Shown here: piece by piece, positions 1 to 12,357 of the stretch
Position numbering within the stretch: the first letter of the stretch is position 1
Layout of the letters: every line of letters begins with the position of its first letter
NCBI GenBank assembly: GCA_030295235.1
Contig: AP026123.1
Coordinates: forward strand, 620,001 to 684,000
Direction of reading: 5' to 3'
Source: Fistulifera solaris
Taxonomy: Eukaryota
DNA: 64,000 nucleotides
Notes under the pieces: model-generated
Seen by the model: the letters and a program-made list of their open reading frames with translations, nothing else
Database searches by the model: none
Told to the model about the DNA's origin: nothing
Program-made: the position numbers and the translations under genes

Positions 1-808
1 TGCTGAAGATGGGACTGCCGCGAGGAGCCGTTGAAAATGCGATGACTCGGGATGGCGCCGACTTGTCGCTCCTTGACTTGGATCCCGAAAAGAGTCTCGC
101 GTCTCAGAGACCGACACAGACTGTATCCTCGGCCTCGGACCCTCCCTTGAAAGACGATGAATGTTTTACAAAATATTACAAGATGCTGAAGATGGGACTG
201 CCGCGAGGAGCCGTTGAAAATGCGATGACTCGGGATGGCGCCGACTTGTCGCTCCTTGACTTGGATCCCGAAAAGAGTCTCGCGTCTCAGAGACCGACAC
301 AGACTGTATCCTCGGCCTCGGACCCTCCCTTGAAAGACGATGAATGTTTTACGAAATATTACAAGATGCTGAAGATGGGACTGCCGCGAGGAGCCGTTGA
401 AAATGCGATGACTCGGGATGGCGCCGACTTGTCGCTCCTTGACTTGGATCCCGAAAAGAGTCTCGCGTCTCAGAGACCGACACAGACTGTATCCTCGGCC
501 TCGGACCCTCCCTTGAAAGACGATGAATGTTTTACGAAATATTACAAGATGCTGAAGATGGGACTGCCGCGAGGAGCCGTTGAAAATGCGATGACTCGGG
601 ATGGCGCCGACTTGTCGCTCCTTGACTTGGATCCCGAAAAGAGTCTCGCGTCTCAGAGACCGACACAGACTGTATCCTCGGCCTCGGACCCTCCCTTGAA
701 AGACGATGAATGTTTTACGAAATATTACAAGATGCTGAAGATGGGACTGCCGCGAGGAGCCGTTGAAAATGCGATGACTCGGGATGGCGCCGACTTGTCG
801 CTCCTTGA
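1..808 (+). repeat. Coding tandem repeat, 183 bp (61 aa) x ~4.4, nearly identical
   Basis: tgctgaagatgggactg recurs at 1, 184, 367, 550, 733; the only difference seen among full units is aca/acg. Confidence 0.97.
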
Positions 809-3063
809 CATGGACCCAGATAGAAGCCTCATCTCTCAACTAACAAGCATCTCGAACAAAGATGTTGGGGTTCAACAAGATATTTTAGACAAGGCCGAGT
901 TTGTTCAGCTGAAAGCCCAGGACATGGCCTCTCAGAAAGGTTCTTCTTCTCGTCTTCCTGCAGAGCCACGACAGAACGCAGCGAAAAAGAATGTGAGACG
1001 AAAAAAGATATTTTGGAATCCAATAAATCCTGGGGAATTGAGAGAGGATTCTTTGTGGTCGCTGGTGAAAGGAAAAGTTCAGATGGATAGTTTAAAATAT
1101 GATGTTCGAGAATTCGAAGATCTTTTCACCGAGTCGCCTGATACAGCAAAAGCCAAAATGATCAAAACAGAAAAGAGGGTAGAAACGAAGAAAAGCGTCC
1201 AGGTTATTGATGGGAAACGATCCATGAACGGAGGCATTATTCTTAAGCGATTAAGGATTGAGTACAAGGCACTTGCTGAGATGGTCGAATCAATGTAAGT
1301 CAAGATGATGATGGATGCTGTCGTTGAAAAGAAATCTTTCTCATGGCAACCTTTACGCCTCAGGGAAATTGGAGCCCTAGACGCTACATCGATCAAAGCG
1401 CTGAAAGAGTACCTCCCGACTGTTGACGAAAGAAACCAGCTTCAATCCTACTTAAAAGCGGCTGGTGATTCCAAGGATATACGAGAAAAGCTCTACGGTG
1501 ATCTTAGTGACTGTGAGAAGTACATGATTTGCATGATGGATATAGCTAAAGCCGATGACCACTTTGATTGCATGTTATTCCGGGTGCAATTTCGATCCAG
1601 ATTCGACGAGCTTATTGATTGCCTTAGAACGGTAGACAAAGCTTGTGATGAAGTCAGGTCTTCTGAAAAGTTTCGACAAATTATGGCAATTATACTAACC
1701 GTGGTCAATCAGATCAATACGGGCGGCGAAGGAAAGGGTCAGGCTATGGGTTTTAATCTTGAAACACTGTTGAAACTTAACGAGGTACGTCTTTGTTGTC
1801 TTGTCATTGGGCATTTTTGCAAATCTCACTTTTCTACTCAAAACAGGCGAAGGCTTTCGATAAAAAGACAAGCGTTCTTCAATATCTCATCAAAGTGGTC
1901 AAACGAAACGACGAGTCGCTAATTGAATTTCACAAAGACCTTCCACATACCAACGACTCAGTTAACATCATCTTGGATTCTCTATGTTCAGATATCAAAG
2001 CGTTAAAGGATGATCTTGAAAAGTATTTAAAACATCACAAGAGCAAGCAGACGAATTGTTGGATCTTGGGATAACATCTAAACTCTCTCTTTCAGAACTG
2101 AAGGAACAGAAAACGAACGTTCGTTCTCTATCTGGTGTTTCACAATTCAACCAAGTCGATCATTTAACGGGTAGAACACCGATGGAAAGGTTTTGTCTGC
2201 ATGCAAAAGCATCAATCGACGAGGCTTATGAGCTGACTTCGCAAGTCCAGGTCAAGTTTAGAAGCCTTTGCAATACTTTGGAGAGGACGAAAAGATGGCT
2301 AGTAATGAATTCTTTGGGACTCTAAAACGGTTCATCTCTGATTTTAACAACGCAAACCAGATTGTACAGAAAGAGGAGAAGATGCGGGTAAGTTCATTGG
2401 ATTACGTGTATCTGATATAATGTTGAAGCATTGCTAATATTGATGAAGCTGCGAGAGATGAAAAGACAAGAGAGCATGAAACAGACAGACCGACGGATCA
2501 GCTTGGAGAAACAAAACAAACAAGTACCCGAATCGATAGAAGTTGTCAAGTCTAGTCCCATGAGCTCAGCATCAGCGATCTCTGCATTCTTTGCAGCAAA
2601 GAGGGGAATGGATTCGGACCTTAAAGATCGGCTTCCCGGTTCGGATGCCGCCACCGGTGGCGTTAGTCTCGTCGACATATCATCGGCAGTTTACTCCAGC
2701 TCAACTTTAGGAGGGGCACAAGTGCCAGTCGGTACTGATAAAGACCAAGGTATTGATGCAGAAGCGGACAAAAGTGAGGTTTGTAAACTGGGAAAATTGT
2801 CTCCGCATGCAGCAGTTGCCAAATCCGCGTCTTCTACATCGACGAAACAAAGCTCACTTCCAGGAGGAGACCAAACCGATACGGTTGTTGCTGCCATCGG
2901 CGCTAGCAATACCAAGTTACCATTCGTTCATTGTTGCGACTCGTTACCCGCAATCATGTGCACTGATAAGGAGAAAGAAAAAGAACTTTCTGGTGCGTCC
3001 AGTGTTTGCGAAGTGAGCAAGGATGGAGGCGACGACGGAGATTCTAAAATTCCCAGCGCATAG
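1..3063 (+). CDS. Formin (FH2 domain) with N-terminal tandem CCDC53/WASH-like repeats; 5' end lies outside the window
   Basis: FH2 motifs RRKKIFWNPI, VQVIDGKRSMNGGIIL, VVNQINTGG...AMGFNLETLLKL, AKAFDKKTSVLQYL, YFGEDEK. Introns 1295-1363 and 1785-1846 restore frame. 1-nt homopolymer slips near 2020 and 2268. Splicing after ~2388 and the 3' end are uncertain. Confidence 0.85.
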
Positions 3064-3189
3064 GCTATCTCTGTTTTTTGCAGCATAGACAACACATTTA
3101 TTTGACGCGAAAGACCAAAAGTCTAAGTTACTTATCAGTGGTGTCGGTGTTGATGATGCCGCACGTGCCTCGTGGGCAAGAGGACGGTA

Positions 3190-3391
3190 TCTGAAAATTT
3201 TCGCCTGATGAGGATGTCATCGGTAACGTTTCACCGTCGTCGAGCACTGCATTCTTTTCGATATTCTTTGTTCAAAGGAACTTTGACGTTGGTGATAGTT
3301 TCGAGTTGATCGCTTCCTCCGTCGATTGTTGTGTCTTCACGAGTAACATCCGATTTTGTCGGTGGCTCAGCACTCGTTCCGATATCCCACG
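3190..3391 (-). pseudogene. Inverted, diverged partial copy of the 5' part of the HSA gene (about 12431-12630)
   Basis: Translates to AEPPTKSDVTREDTTIDGGSDQLET versus AEPPTKSDVTRQDTTIDEGNDQVET; the DNA aligns with substitutions and an indel. Confidence 0.85.
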
Positions 3392-4053
3392 GATGAGTTG
3401 GGTAGCGTTGACTAGCAAATGTAGGATTTTGGTGTCTAATCACTTCTAAATAGACCCAATATGATTGAAAATCGCTTTAAAGGCGTCGCTACTTGCACCG
3501 TTGTCGTTGTGGGTTGATATTTGCGCTTCGGCGACCACATCCATGAGCAAATCCATCTTTTATATAAAGGATAAAACACTTCCAGGACCGTGCGAGATTT
3601 CGCCAACCTCTCTGCGTTACTATCTGCATCAGGACTGCAGAATGTGTTAGAAGGAGATTCTGAAATGCCCGCGAAAGGTCGCTCAATGGCACGAAATGAA
3701 GGTGAAAAGCAATGGGTCGAAAAAATCCTGTGCTATGCCCTTGCATTTTTGGCCAAAAAAAGCACGGTTTGACCACAGTAGGTTTGTAAAGTAAGAGAAT
3801 TCTAGTATAAGCTTTAGCTGTCATTAAAAATTCGGAACGGTACTCGTAAGAAAGACTGTGTCGCAGTGTGCTTGAAAAATGTCGTAGAGGACGCACGGAC
3901 AGACTGGACCCACTTTGAGACTCGTGACTCATATAGTGAAAAACATTACACTGACTGATAATGTAGATCAACTTATGCGGGACCGGTTTTCTGTAAAAAT
4001 AAGACGCCGTATTAAAGACGCATTCATCAAAATGATCTTCCATTTTCACAAGA

Positions 4054-6832
4054 ATGCCTTTAGCATACAAAGAGATTCGGCAAATTGATAGGGAGGAAGA
4101 GCTCGACGGACACCAAACTTCGATCGGAAGCTTGGAAGGCGCTTCGTCGCCTCTTGAGATTGAAAACGATGAAACATATTACGACTTCGCTGAACAAGCT
4201 CTCACTTGGAAAGATCCATGGTTTTTCACGGCGCCTTTGATATTACTGCTGGAATTACCTCTGCTTAGTGGTAACGCGCTTGTTTTTTATCATTTAACGG
4301 GTCGAGTGTGGGCTGCAACGCTACCAATACTACACCTCTTGCTGGCCTTCCTTTCTATTCGCTGCTCTGTGGTCGATGCACCTAATCGTGAGATAAACAG
4401 CACGAGACTGGTGATATCCCTCTCTCTTTTGGCTGACATACTTCTCGCTGGCTTTTTGTACCCTTTCTTGTACCACACTATAAAGGAGGCATTTTTCATT
4501 GAACCAGATGGTACGGATGTCATCGAATGGTCCAACTACAAGCGACTATTTGAGGTTTTCGCCTTCAATTCCTGGGTCTTCTTCATTCTACGAACAATAG
4601 TAGCCGCAATTGGCTGTCTAGCTCGTCTTCAAATCGAACGGCCGTATCTTGTTGTACAATGTATCAAGCCGCCAATCTGCTCACTGCCTTCGGAAAAGGA
4701 ATACAGAATGCGGTCCTCCGTGCAGCGAATCTCGTTTGCAGGTATCATTATCGCAACATTTTTTTCATCGTGGTGCATCTTCTCTGTGGCTGTGCACTTT
4801 CTACCTCCCTTTTCGCTTCGACAGAACGCGTACGCAAACGAGTTTTGCGACCCGATAGATGAAACGGAATGCATTTTGCCTTTCCCGTCTTTTCTTTCAT
4901 TTACGGCCGGATGAAACGTCCGAAACGGGTTGGCGAGTAAATTTACAAGAGGCATCGCTTCCACTGTTACGAGGTGGAATTTCAATGCATGCCGAATTTT
5001 ACAACGAACTTGATGGATTTTCAACGATGGGTCCAATTCTCTTTTACATAGATGGTCTCAAGGAAGCACATGAAGCAGGGGCAAAACAATTGAAAGGCCA
5101 AAGGGAGATTGCAAAGTCGGTAACGCAAGAGTCGGTAACCTTTTTAGTTGACGTAAAAGCTGCAGCGTTGGTCCCACACAGCGCGGAGATTGACTACCTG
5201 GATCCAAAGCATCCCATGGTTTTGCTATTTCCAGCAAGGCCACTGAAGCATAATACTCATTATGCTGTAGCAGTTGTGAATGCAACGAATGGCAAGGGCG
5301 ACTTACTCGCTCGTAGTAGTGCGATGGAGGATCTCTTTAAGGAGAAACCAAGAAAGGAGCCAAATGGTTCGAATATACCGGATCAAGGACGGATGTATCG
5401 ATACAGAAGCGAAGTAATCCCAGCGTTACAGAGAGCAGCGGTATGGCTGAATCTCTCAGATAATCCAGCAGAACTTCAGCTTTTGTTCGATTTCCCCACT
5501 ATAAGCGAAACTTCCCAGTTGTCACCCGCGCGAGCAGTTCGCGACGGTACAATCGCTACAATTTCAAAAAATAGAGATTGGAAATGGAGTGAACACGTCA
5601 GGACGAACCGCATCGAGGAATATAATTGTGATGAACCAGAAAATGTTCTTGCACGCACAGTTCATGCCGAGATGGATGTTCCGTGGTTTTTACAACACTT
5701 TGGTCCCGGTCGTCGCGAAGCTTTTCTCGATCCCCATGCTTTAGATGAAGGCCGTACATCGTCTCTTGGCATTGCAAAGTTTTTAATTCACATCCCTTGC
5801 TCAGCTCGCTCTGCAGCTCTTGGGCATAATCAGTCAAGACCCATACGCAGTTTCATGGAGTACGGTCATGGGCTATTTTTTAGTCGTTCCGAGGCTTCAG
5901 ATGATTTTTTACTCCGAATGGCCCATGACGAAGGATATGTTATTATGGCAATGGACTGGCGTGGCATGTCCGTGTTCGATCTGTTGGTTGTGATCAAGAC
6001 TTTGATATCGAAGCCAAGCCAGTTCCAATCGGTTCGAGACAATTTAATACAGGGATATGCGAACAAAATAGCTCTGCAACACTTTGCAAGGAATGGAATG
6101 ACGGCGATGGATTGGTTCGACTTTGCTGGGAGTGACGCTGTCCTGCGATCCGTCCCTTTCGTAGATGACGAATCGTTATCCTTTGTATTTTACGGCATTT
6201 CACAAGGCGGAATATTGGGTGCAGGCTATTGTAGCTTAGCAGGGACAACAGCTTTAATCGATCGAGCCATTCTTGGTGTCCCGGGTACGCCTTTTGCTCT
6301 GATAATGACTCGATCTTTAGACTTCCAAGGCTATGATAAATTGCTTTTGATGAATTTTGTGACTAACAGACACGTCCGGATCTTTTTAACGATCATACAA
6401 ATGGGATGGGACGCCACCGAAGGTGCTGGTTTCCTCGCGCCACCTATCCGAGAACCTTATCCGCGCTTGCTTCTACAGGCAGGGCTAGGAGACGTTATCG
6501 TACCAGCTCTTGCAGCCGAGGCTCTTGCCAGAGCTTTCAACGCCATTCTACTGCCAGCTAGTCCGCGTGACGTTTACGGCTTGGAGCATGGACAAGCGGC
6601 GTCCTCGGCTTCACTTGGACCGAATGTCACGTTCACTGAGCTTCTGTTCACGAACGATTACTCCTCTTTACCATTCGACAACACTTTCGCTGTCGACAAC
6701 CCGATTCATGATTGTGTTCGAAGAGACAAAGCTTTGATTGCACAGATAACAGAATTTATTAACACAGGGCGCATAATCGACCCCTGTGAGCCGGACAACT
6801 GCATTCGAGAGAAAGATAGTTGTTGGGACTAG
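4054..6832 (+). CDS. Multi-TM N-terminus fused to a bacterial-type alpha/beta-hydrolase-fold (lipase-like) domain
   Basis: Two ORFs join by a 1-nt slip near 4890 (CDPIDETECILPFPS|FFHLRP). About 5 hydrophobic segments; GHG, MDWRGM, nucleophile elbow YGISQGG, GDVIV and C-terminal H (PIHDCVRR). Confidence 0.65.
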
Positions 6833-6955
6833 TCCTAAATCAATTTAGGTATCATAATTCATAATGAGCAAAATTTCAATGCACGCCATAGTTGATGCAT
6901 GGGCTGGAACGCTCCGATTTTCTACTTAAGATAGGTTTGTATAACAGAAAATAAC

Positions 6956-8411
6956 TTACTCTTGCTTTTGACGCTTGCTAGCTCCGCCCCTCGTAACATC
7001 CCCGGGCTCGATCGCGACAGACGTATGCAGAAATTCCGCGGCCTCGGCAGAAGCCTTGACTTTCACTGCGCTACGTGGTAACATTTCGGCTTCATACGCC
7101 TCGATAGCTTTCCGGATTAGTTCCGCTTTGTCGGTACTCCCACTTGCCGCACGATATATTGATTTCGTCAGCGACAAAGCATCTAACAATGCCTGATTCG
7201 CGCCTTGTCCTTTGAAAGGGCTCATGGGATGAGCGGCATCGCCAATGAGGGTGACGACTCGATCTCCAACATTCTCGAGACTATCATTATCGCCCACAAG
7301 TTGCGTTGAGGGAGCAAGTATTGCGCGATCATAAACTGGGTAACCAGAAACCAAATGAGAGGGCGTAGACTTTAGAATGAATTCAATTGGATTGTGCCAA
7401 TTGGAACATCGTCTGCGGGCCTCCTCCAAAAGAGCTTCATTTCCTTTCTGGGCGAGATCTAGTGATTCGGACTCACTAAAAGGGGAAACTGAGCTGCCAC
7501 ATATACGCGGTGCTTGAATATGGCATCATATACAAACGAGTGGTACCGTCTGCAGTTTGAAATACTGTCTTTCCATCTAACAACTCACTGTGCGAGCGAT
7601 CTATCTCCTGCAGCTCGCATATACCGAGCATTACGAAACAATTCAAGTACCGCAAATTATCTCCAATCAATTGTTCTCGAACTTGACTTCTGATTCCATC
7701 AGCACCAACAACCAAGTCAGCCGTGTGACGAACCATTTCTCCACTTTTGACGTTCAAAAAAGTCAGCAGTACTTGTTTGTTTTCAAGTTTCTCATAGTTG
7801 AGAAGTCGGTGATTCCAGTGAATACGATCGCAATGAATGTTTTGAATGTCTTCCTGCCCACTGGCAACTTGCAGCAGCTGCCGCCGCAGCGACTGCCGAG
7901 CGATGTGTATGTTTTGCCGACGCGGCTCTTTCTTTCCTTCTTCCGACGTAGTTCCCTCGCCATCTTCTTGCTTCCAATGCCGCATGCCCCACTGACCAAC
8001 TACAGTGCCATCGGCTGTATGCACAATATGTTTCGTGGAAGTGATACCATCTTCTAAATTCCAAATGCCGAATCCTTTCAAAGCTTTACTTGCTTGCTGC
8101 ATAGTCAGTCCGTAGCCTTGCGCTCGATCGATGAAATGGGCATCACGTTCAAAGACATCATAAGGAATCCCTCGATGGCGACAAGCAGCTGCTACAGCCC
8201 AGCCGGCTAATCCTCCTCCTACAATAGCGACTTTTGGGAAACGATCATCGGATGGCACCCTTTCGGCGGACGGAACGAGTCCAGAAGCGGAACACGAGAT
8301 GCACGGTTCGATACGCTCCGACAATCCTTTTTTGCGAGCTTTCCGACTGGATGGCTTTTTCAACAATCCCTCTCCATGACACGCGTTACACACTTTCCAT
8401 TCGAGCTGCAT
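6956..8411 (-). CDS. FAD-dependent monooxygenase with N-terminal CxxCxGxG...CxxC zinc-finger-like module
   Basis: IVGGGLAG, DLVVGADGIRS, LIGDAAHPMSPFKGQGANQALLDA; 1-nt slip near 7480; start taken at MQLEWKVC. Confidence 0.85.
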
Positions 8412-8518
8412 TGTCGTGCTCAACGATTTTTTCTGCAGCGATCCCCAACACACAAAGAATGTCGGATGGCGGGCGCTTCGAAACGTACTCCACCAAGGCA
8501 ACCAAAATACTGCGCTTT

Positions 8519-8872
8519 TCATTTAGTGTTCCGCCGAACGACCCTTTGATACTTCCCCGAAGCACTTCGCTCCAGTGCTAACGAGTTCTTCACCGTAGTT
8601 GCTAATGGTAAATCGTTGGGAAAGTGAATGTATCGAATGGTCGATCCTCGAATGTGCACAGTTTGCAGAGACATCGATAACCCGAGCCCTAGCGATGATT
8701 CAACATCCTCCAACATCAAATTCATGTCTCCATCGCTTGCGGACAAATTGCCCCGGATTATTTTCCCATTTTTGAGTTCAACCGATAATTGAACTCCTCT
8801 AAAATGACGCAAGAGCGTAGCCAGTGATTTGGGCTGTTTCTTTTTTAGATTGCCGTCGACGGGGGGTGTCAT
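8519..8872 (-). CDS. LSM10: Sm/LSm-fold protein, LSm10-like (U7 snRNP type)
   Basis: SLATLLRHFRG, VELKNG...G...DGDMNLML, VHIRGSTIRYIHFPND followed by a helical tail. No SmD1/D3 RG tail. Confidence 0.6.
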   Translation of the reverse strand: MTPPVDGNLKKKQPKSLATLLRHFRGVQLSVELKNGKIIRGNLSASDGDMNLMLEDVESSLGLGLSMSLQTVHIRGSTIRYIHFPNDLPLATTVKNSLALERSASGKYQRVVRRNTK

Positions 8873-9306
8873 GGTGGATGCTGGAAAAACAATGCGAGGT
8901 TCCGCCGCAGCGAAAACGACGACGCCTCGAAATGGGCGTGTCGTACCAGCATGTCGTAGGGCACTTTTAATTTTAGAGTAAAACTTCTCGTTTCTACCAT
9001 TTACCTTTAACCCGGGACTTGACTCTCCTATAGAATGTATTTGTAGTGTTGCGCGCCAAAACGAGACAACAGTATTGGCTATAGTGACTCCAGCCCGGCA
9101 CTCAAATTCAGTACGGTACGTCACTCGAATTCAAATGCCACCACTCACTTTCTCCTCCTCTGCGCACCTGGATGATCGTCGACCTTCTCTTCTCAGTCCT
9201 CCAATCACTTCATTCATTTTCATTCATTCATCGCCCCCTCACTCATTCGCTGCTCCTTCAAGTCAGCGGACCTCGCAAGGCAAGTCCTCCGAAGGGAAGG
9301 AAGAAG

Positions 9307-9879
9307 ATGTCGATCCATCTTTGTCAACACAATAGTGACAAAGTCTCGTTGGATGATTCATCGGCTTCCTTGTCTTCGAGCCCAAGCTTGCACCAACTGG
9401 AAACCGCGATCCACCAAAGTGACACCTTTCGTGACACGTCGTTACAAAAAGGGGAACGACCCTCCAAGAATCAAAACAAGGAAGCATTGCACAGAAGATG
9501 CTCGTCTTCGAGTCTTACGAGAATATCATCTTCTTATGCCGATGCATCTATTCCGGCCTTTGTGTACATTCCCATTGCATTCTCACCAAGTTCCCCATCG
9601 ATCAACGATGAAGCATCTTCATCCTCTGAAGAAGACTTGGATATAATACGTTTGAGCCACGAGTTTCATCACTGGCAAGCTTTTCCGAACATGTCCGATG
9701 TGAAACGCAACACGACATGGGGCATCATCACCGCGACCGTCAACGATGTGGTTGCGGAAGAGCAGCTGCAGCTGGTCAAGATGGACTACTTTTCACCATC
9801 TGAAGCCAGTCCGATACGGCAGCCCAAGCCGCCTCTGTCTCATTGTTCGCTCTCCACTTCTTCGCTCCTCGTGGTGTAA
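9307..9879 (+). CDS. Hypothetical Ser-rich low-complexity protein
   Basis: 190-codon ORF from ATG 9307; no recognisable domain. Confidence 0.4.
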   Translation: MSIHLCQHNSDKVSLDDSSASLSSSPSLHQLETAIHQSDTFRDTSLQKGERPSKNQNKEALHRRCSSSSLTRISSSYADASIPAFVYIPIAFSPSSPSINDEASSSSEEDLDIIRLSHEFHHWQAFPNMSDVKRNTTWGIITATVNDVVAEEQLQLVKMDYFSPSEASPIRQPKPPLSHCSLSTSSLLVV

Positions 9880-10051
9880 CATCACAAAGAGACGAAAAGT
9901 CCCCACCGCCCGCTAGCGAGGACAATACTCCAAAAATAGCTACTTGGAGATAGTTTTTTATTTATGTAGTCGCAAGAATTAGTTTGTAATTGTGAGAAAT
10001 AATCAGTATTTATTTGTTAAAAGAAAGGTTAAGCAAAACGTTCATTTCCGT

Positions 10052-11636
10052 TTACATTTCTACATTCACTTTGAGTTTCGGCTGCACTCTTAGCAATGGT
10101 GGTCGAACACCACCAAATTGAGAAACTACTTGCGGGTCATCGGCATCGTTGTGAACGCCGAATGTAATGCTGTTCCCACCGGGAAGATCATAGCCCACAA
10201 AGCCTTGTAGACTGCCGAACCCATCGGGGCGGAGCATGGCTACCAGATCCAAAGCTATATCCACCGATCTCTTCCCCGGTTTCTTTTCCTTGCTCACGGT
10301 CTTTTCACTTGATTGAGGCGCAAAATCTTCGCGGAGGGCGAATCAGGAAAGGCCATGACCGCGTCATTCAGGTAGGCAATAATGCCGCGAATGACATTCT
10401 CTTTGGTGAGACCCAGAGACGGAACTTCGACTTTTTCCAACGTCGTTTCGACGATCAAACTTTGTTGTCGTAAAGCTTGAGCACCCGTTTCTATCTGCGT
10501 TTCAGCATCTGACAGAGCTGTCTTCAGCAATTGCTTCTCCAATCGTTTCAAAGCCGCCGCTCGAATCGATTCAACCGACTCTTCAAAGACAGAAGTGATT
10601 CCTCCGTCCATCAATTCGATCAGTTGCTGACGAATCTTTCGTCGATAGGTGGCAACCGACGCCCATCCGGCGACTGCCCGAGTTTGACCGTCCCATTCGG
10701 CCAGGACGGAATCACGGAGTTCCGCAGCAGTCTCTCCCAAATCATTCACACTCAAACCACGAGCCGTTCGGCGTTTCCAAACGAGTAGCTGAGCCTGTAT
10801 ACGACGCGTCAATTGACTGGCTACAGTACCCAATGTCAAATAGGCGCTGGCTACATTCGGAGGATCCAACGCAAGTTCCGTTACGCCGGATTGACGGATT
10901 TCTTCATTCGCCCGCAACAAAGCTTCAGATAGAGGCTTTCCAACCTGGTTATCTTTGTTGTTTCCGGCTAGAGCCAGGATCTGTTACAAGACGATCGGCG
11001 AGTTAGGCTAATCGATTCAAAACACAACGTCAACAAATGCATAACGCTTACCTTTGCTGCATCCGCGGACGAGGAAGCTGCAACTACCTGGAGGTCAAAA
11101 GCTTCATTAAAACGCATGCCATTGTTTTGCTCTACAGCAACAGTATCATACAGTGATTTCACTTGCTGTTTTAACAATTCCTGATCGACCTCTTCCTCAT
11201 CGGCCGATGAAACAACAAGGACGAGGCTGTTTTTTCGCGGACTCGATGCCCGAAAGATTGCAGTCAAAGTACGCGCATGTCTCGAATTGTCCACACCCGC
11301 TAGGATATCACCGTTCGTGATACCCTCTACAATGATTGTCGGGGCCGTCTGTGCGCACAACGCCAGAGCTATCCGATCGGCAGTCGAAGTACTCTGTAGC
11401 GTCGCTCCTCGGCATAGCATTTGATTCGTCGCCGAATCATAGCTCAAGATATCATCGAACGTTTTTCCCAGAAATAAGGAGGGAGTCCCGGGAGAGGGGA
11501 TGATAGCTACCAACGAGTCGGAAGAAACCGATGCAGGGATCGAACCTAATTTTAGTGTCCCACTCGGATCCAAAATTGGTGATGCACCCGCCGCTAGAGA
11601 CACGGAAAGGAAAGCCGACAAATACCGTACCAGCAT
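10052..11636 (-). CDS. Signal-peptide-bearing hypothetical protein, possibly a degenerate RHD3/Sey1-like protein
   Basis: Signal peptide MLVRYLSAFLSVSLAAGA; intron 10981-11051 joins the ORFs in frame; 1-nt slip near 10300; C-terminus PPLLRVQPKLKVNVEM. The family assignment is a weak recollection. Confidence 0.55.
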
Positions 11637-12357
11637 GTTGTTATGTTACAGACAAAACAAGACAGCGAGAAAACTTCTGTTGAACTCTTTTACTTTGACC
11701 ACCTTATGATGGAGTATTTGTGCGGCTCTTGCCTGTTTTTGTGTCATCAAGCAAGAAAAGCAAAACGCAAAATCTGTTTGTCTTTGTCGGCTGTCGGCGC
11801 CCGCAACCCGCAAAAACTTCCACCTGGCGCCGACCGTCTGTCATGCATCACATACAGGTAGTGTCGTTTGGCCTAGACTAGTAGTACAGTATGAGCTGTT
11901 ATGTAGATTACTTTTTTCACCTAAATATGGAGTATTCAGTACACATACATTGTAAATTGTAGGTTATCTTTCAGTGCCGCTAATGATTTCGTCTTTGTGC
12001 AAATTTGCGATAGACAATAATTATGAAACCTCAAATAAGAAAGCAATGCTGATCTGTATCCTTTTCGATGTAGTATTGGAGGAAAGCGATGTTCGATGCT
12101 TCTGTTTCGTTTCTGGGGGTCGGAGACTACGTTTTAGTGTAGTCGACCATTGTGAAATATTTCCTCACTGCGGCACGCTCGGACGCGACAGCAGACAGCA
12201 GCGACGACGAGCAGCATCGTCCATGGCGCGGCGCTTTGTATCCTGGATTAAAAATCCATGAAGATACGCTCCATTTTGCGACGAACTGCTCCTCTTCGTA
12301 ATAAAAAGTCACCATTTTTATCAATTATAATCATTGAACGTAATTGACATCTCCGCC

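Noticed and set aside
3465..4070. Short ORFs between the formin and hydrolase genes
   Set aside because: No recognisable motifs or consistent gene structure.
8519..8522. Operon-like ATGA overlap between the LSm10-like stop and the monooxygenase ORF start
   Set aside because: The real start is more plausibly 8411; the overlap is likely chance.
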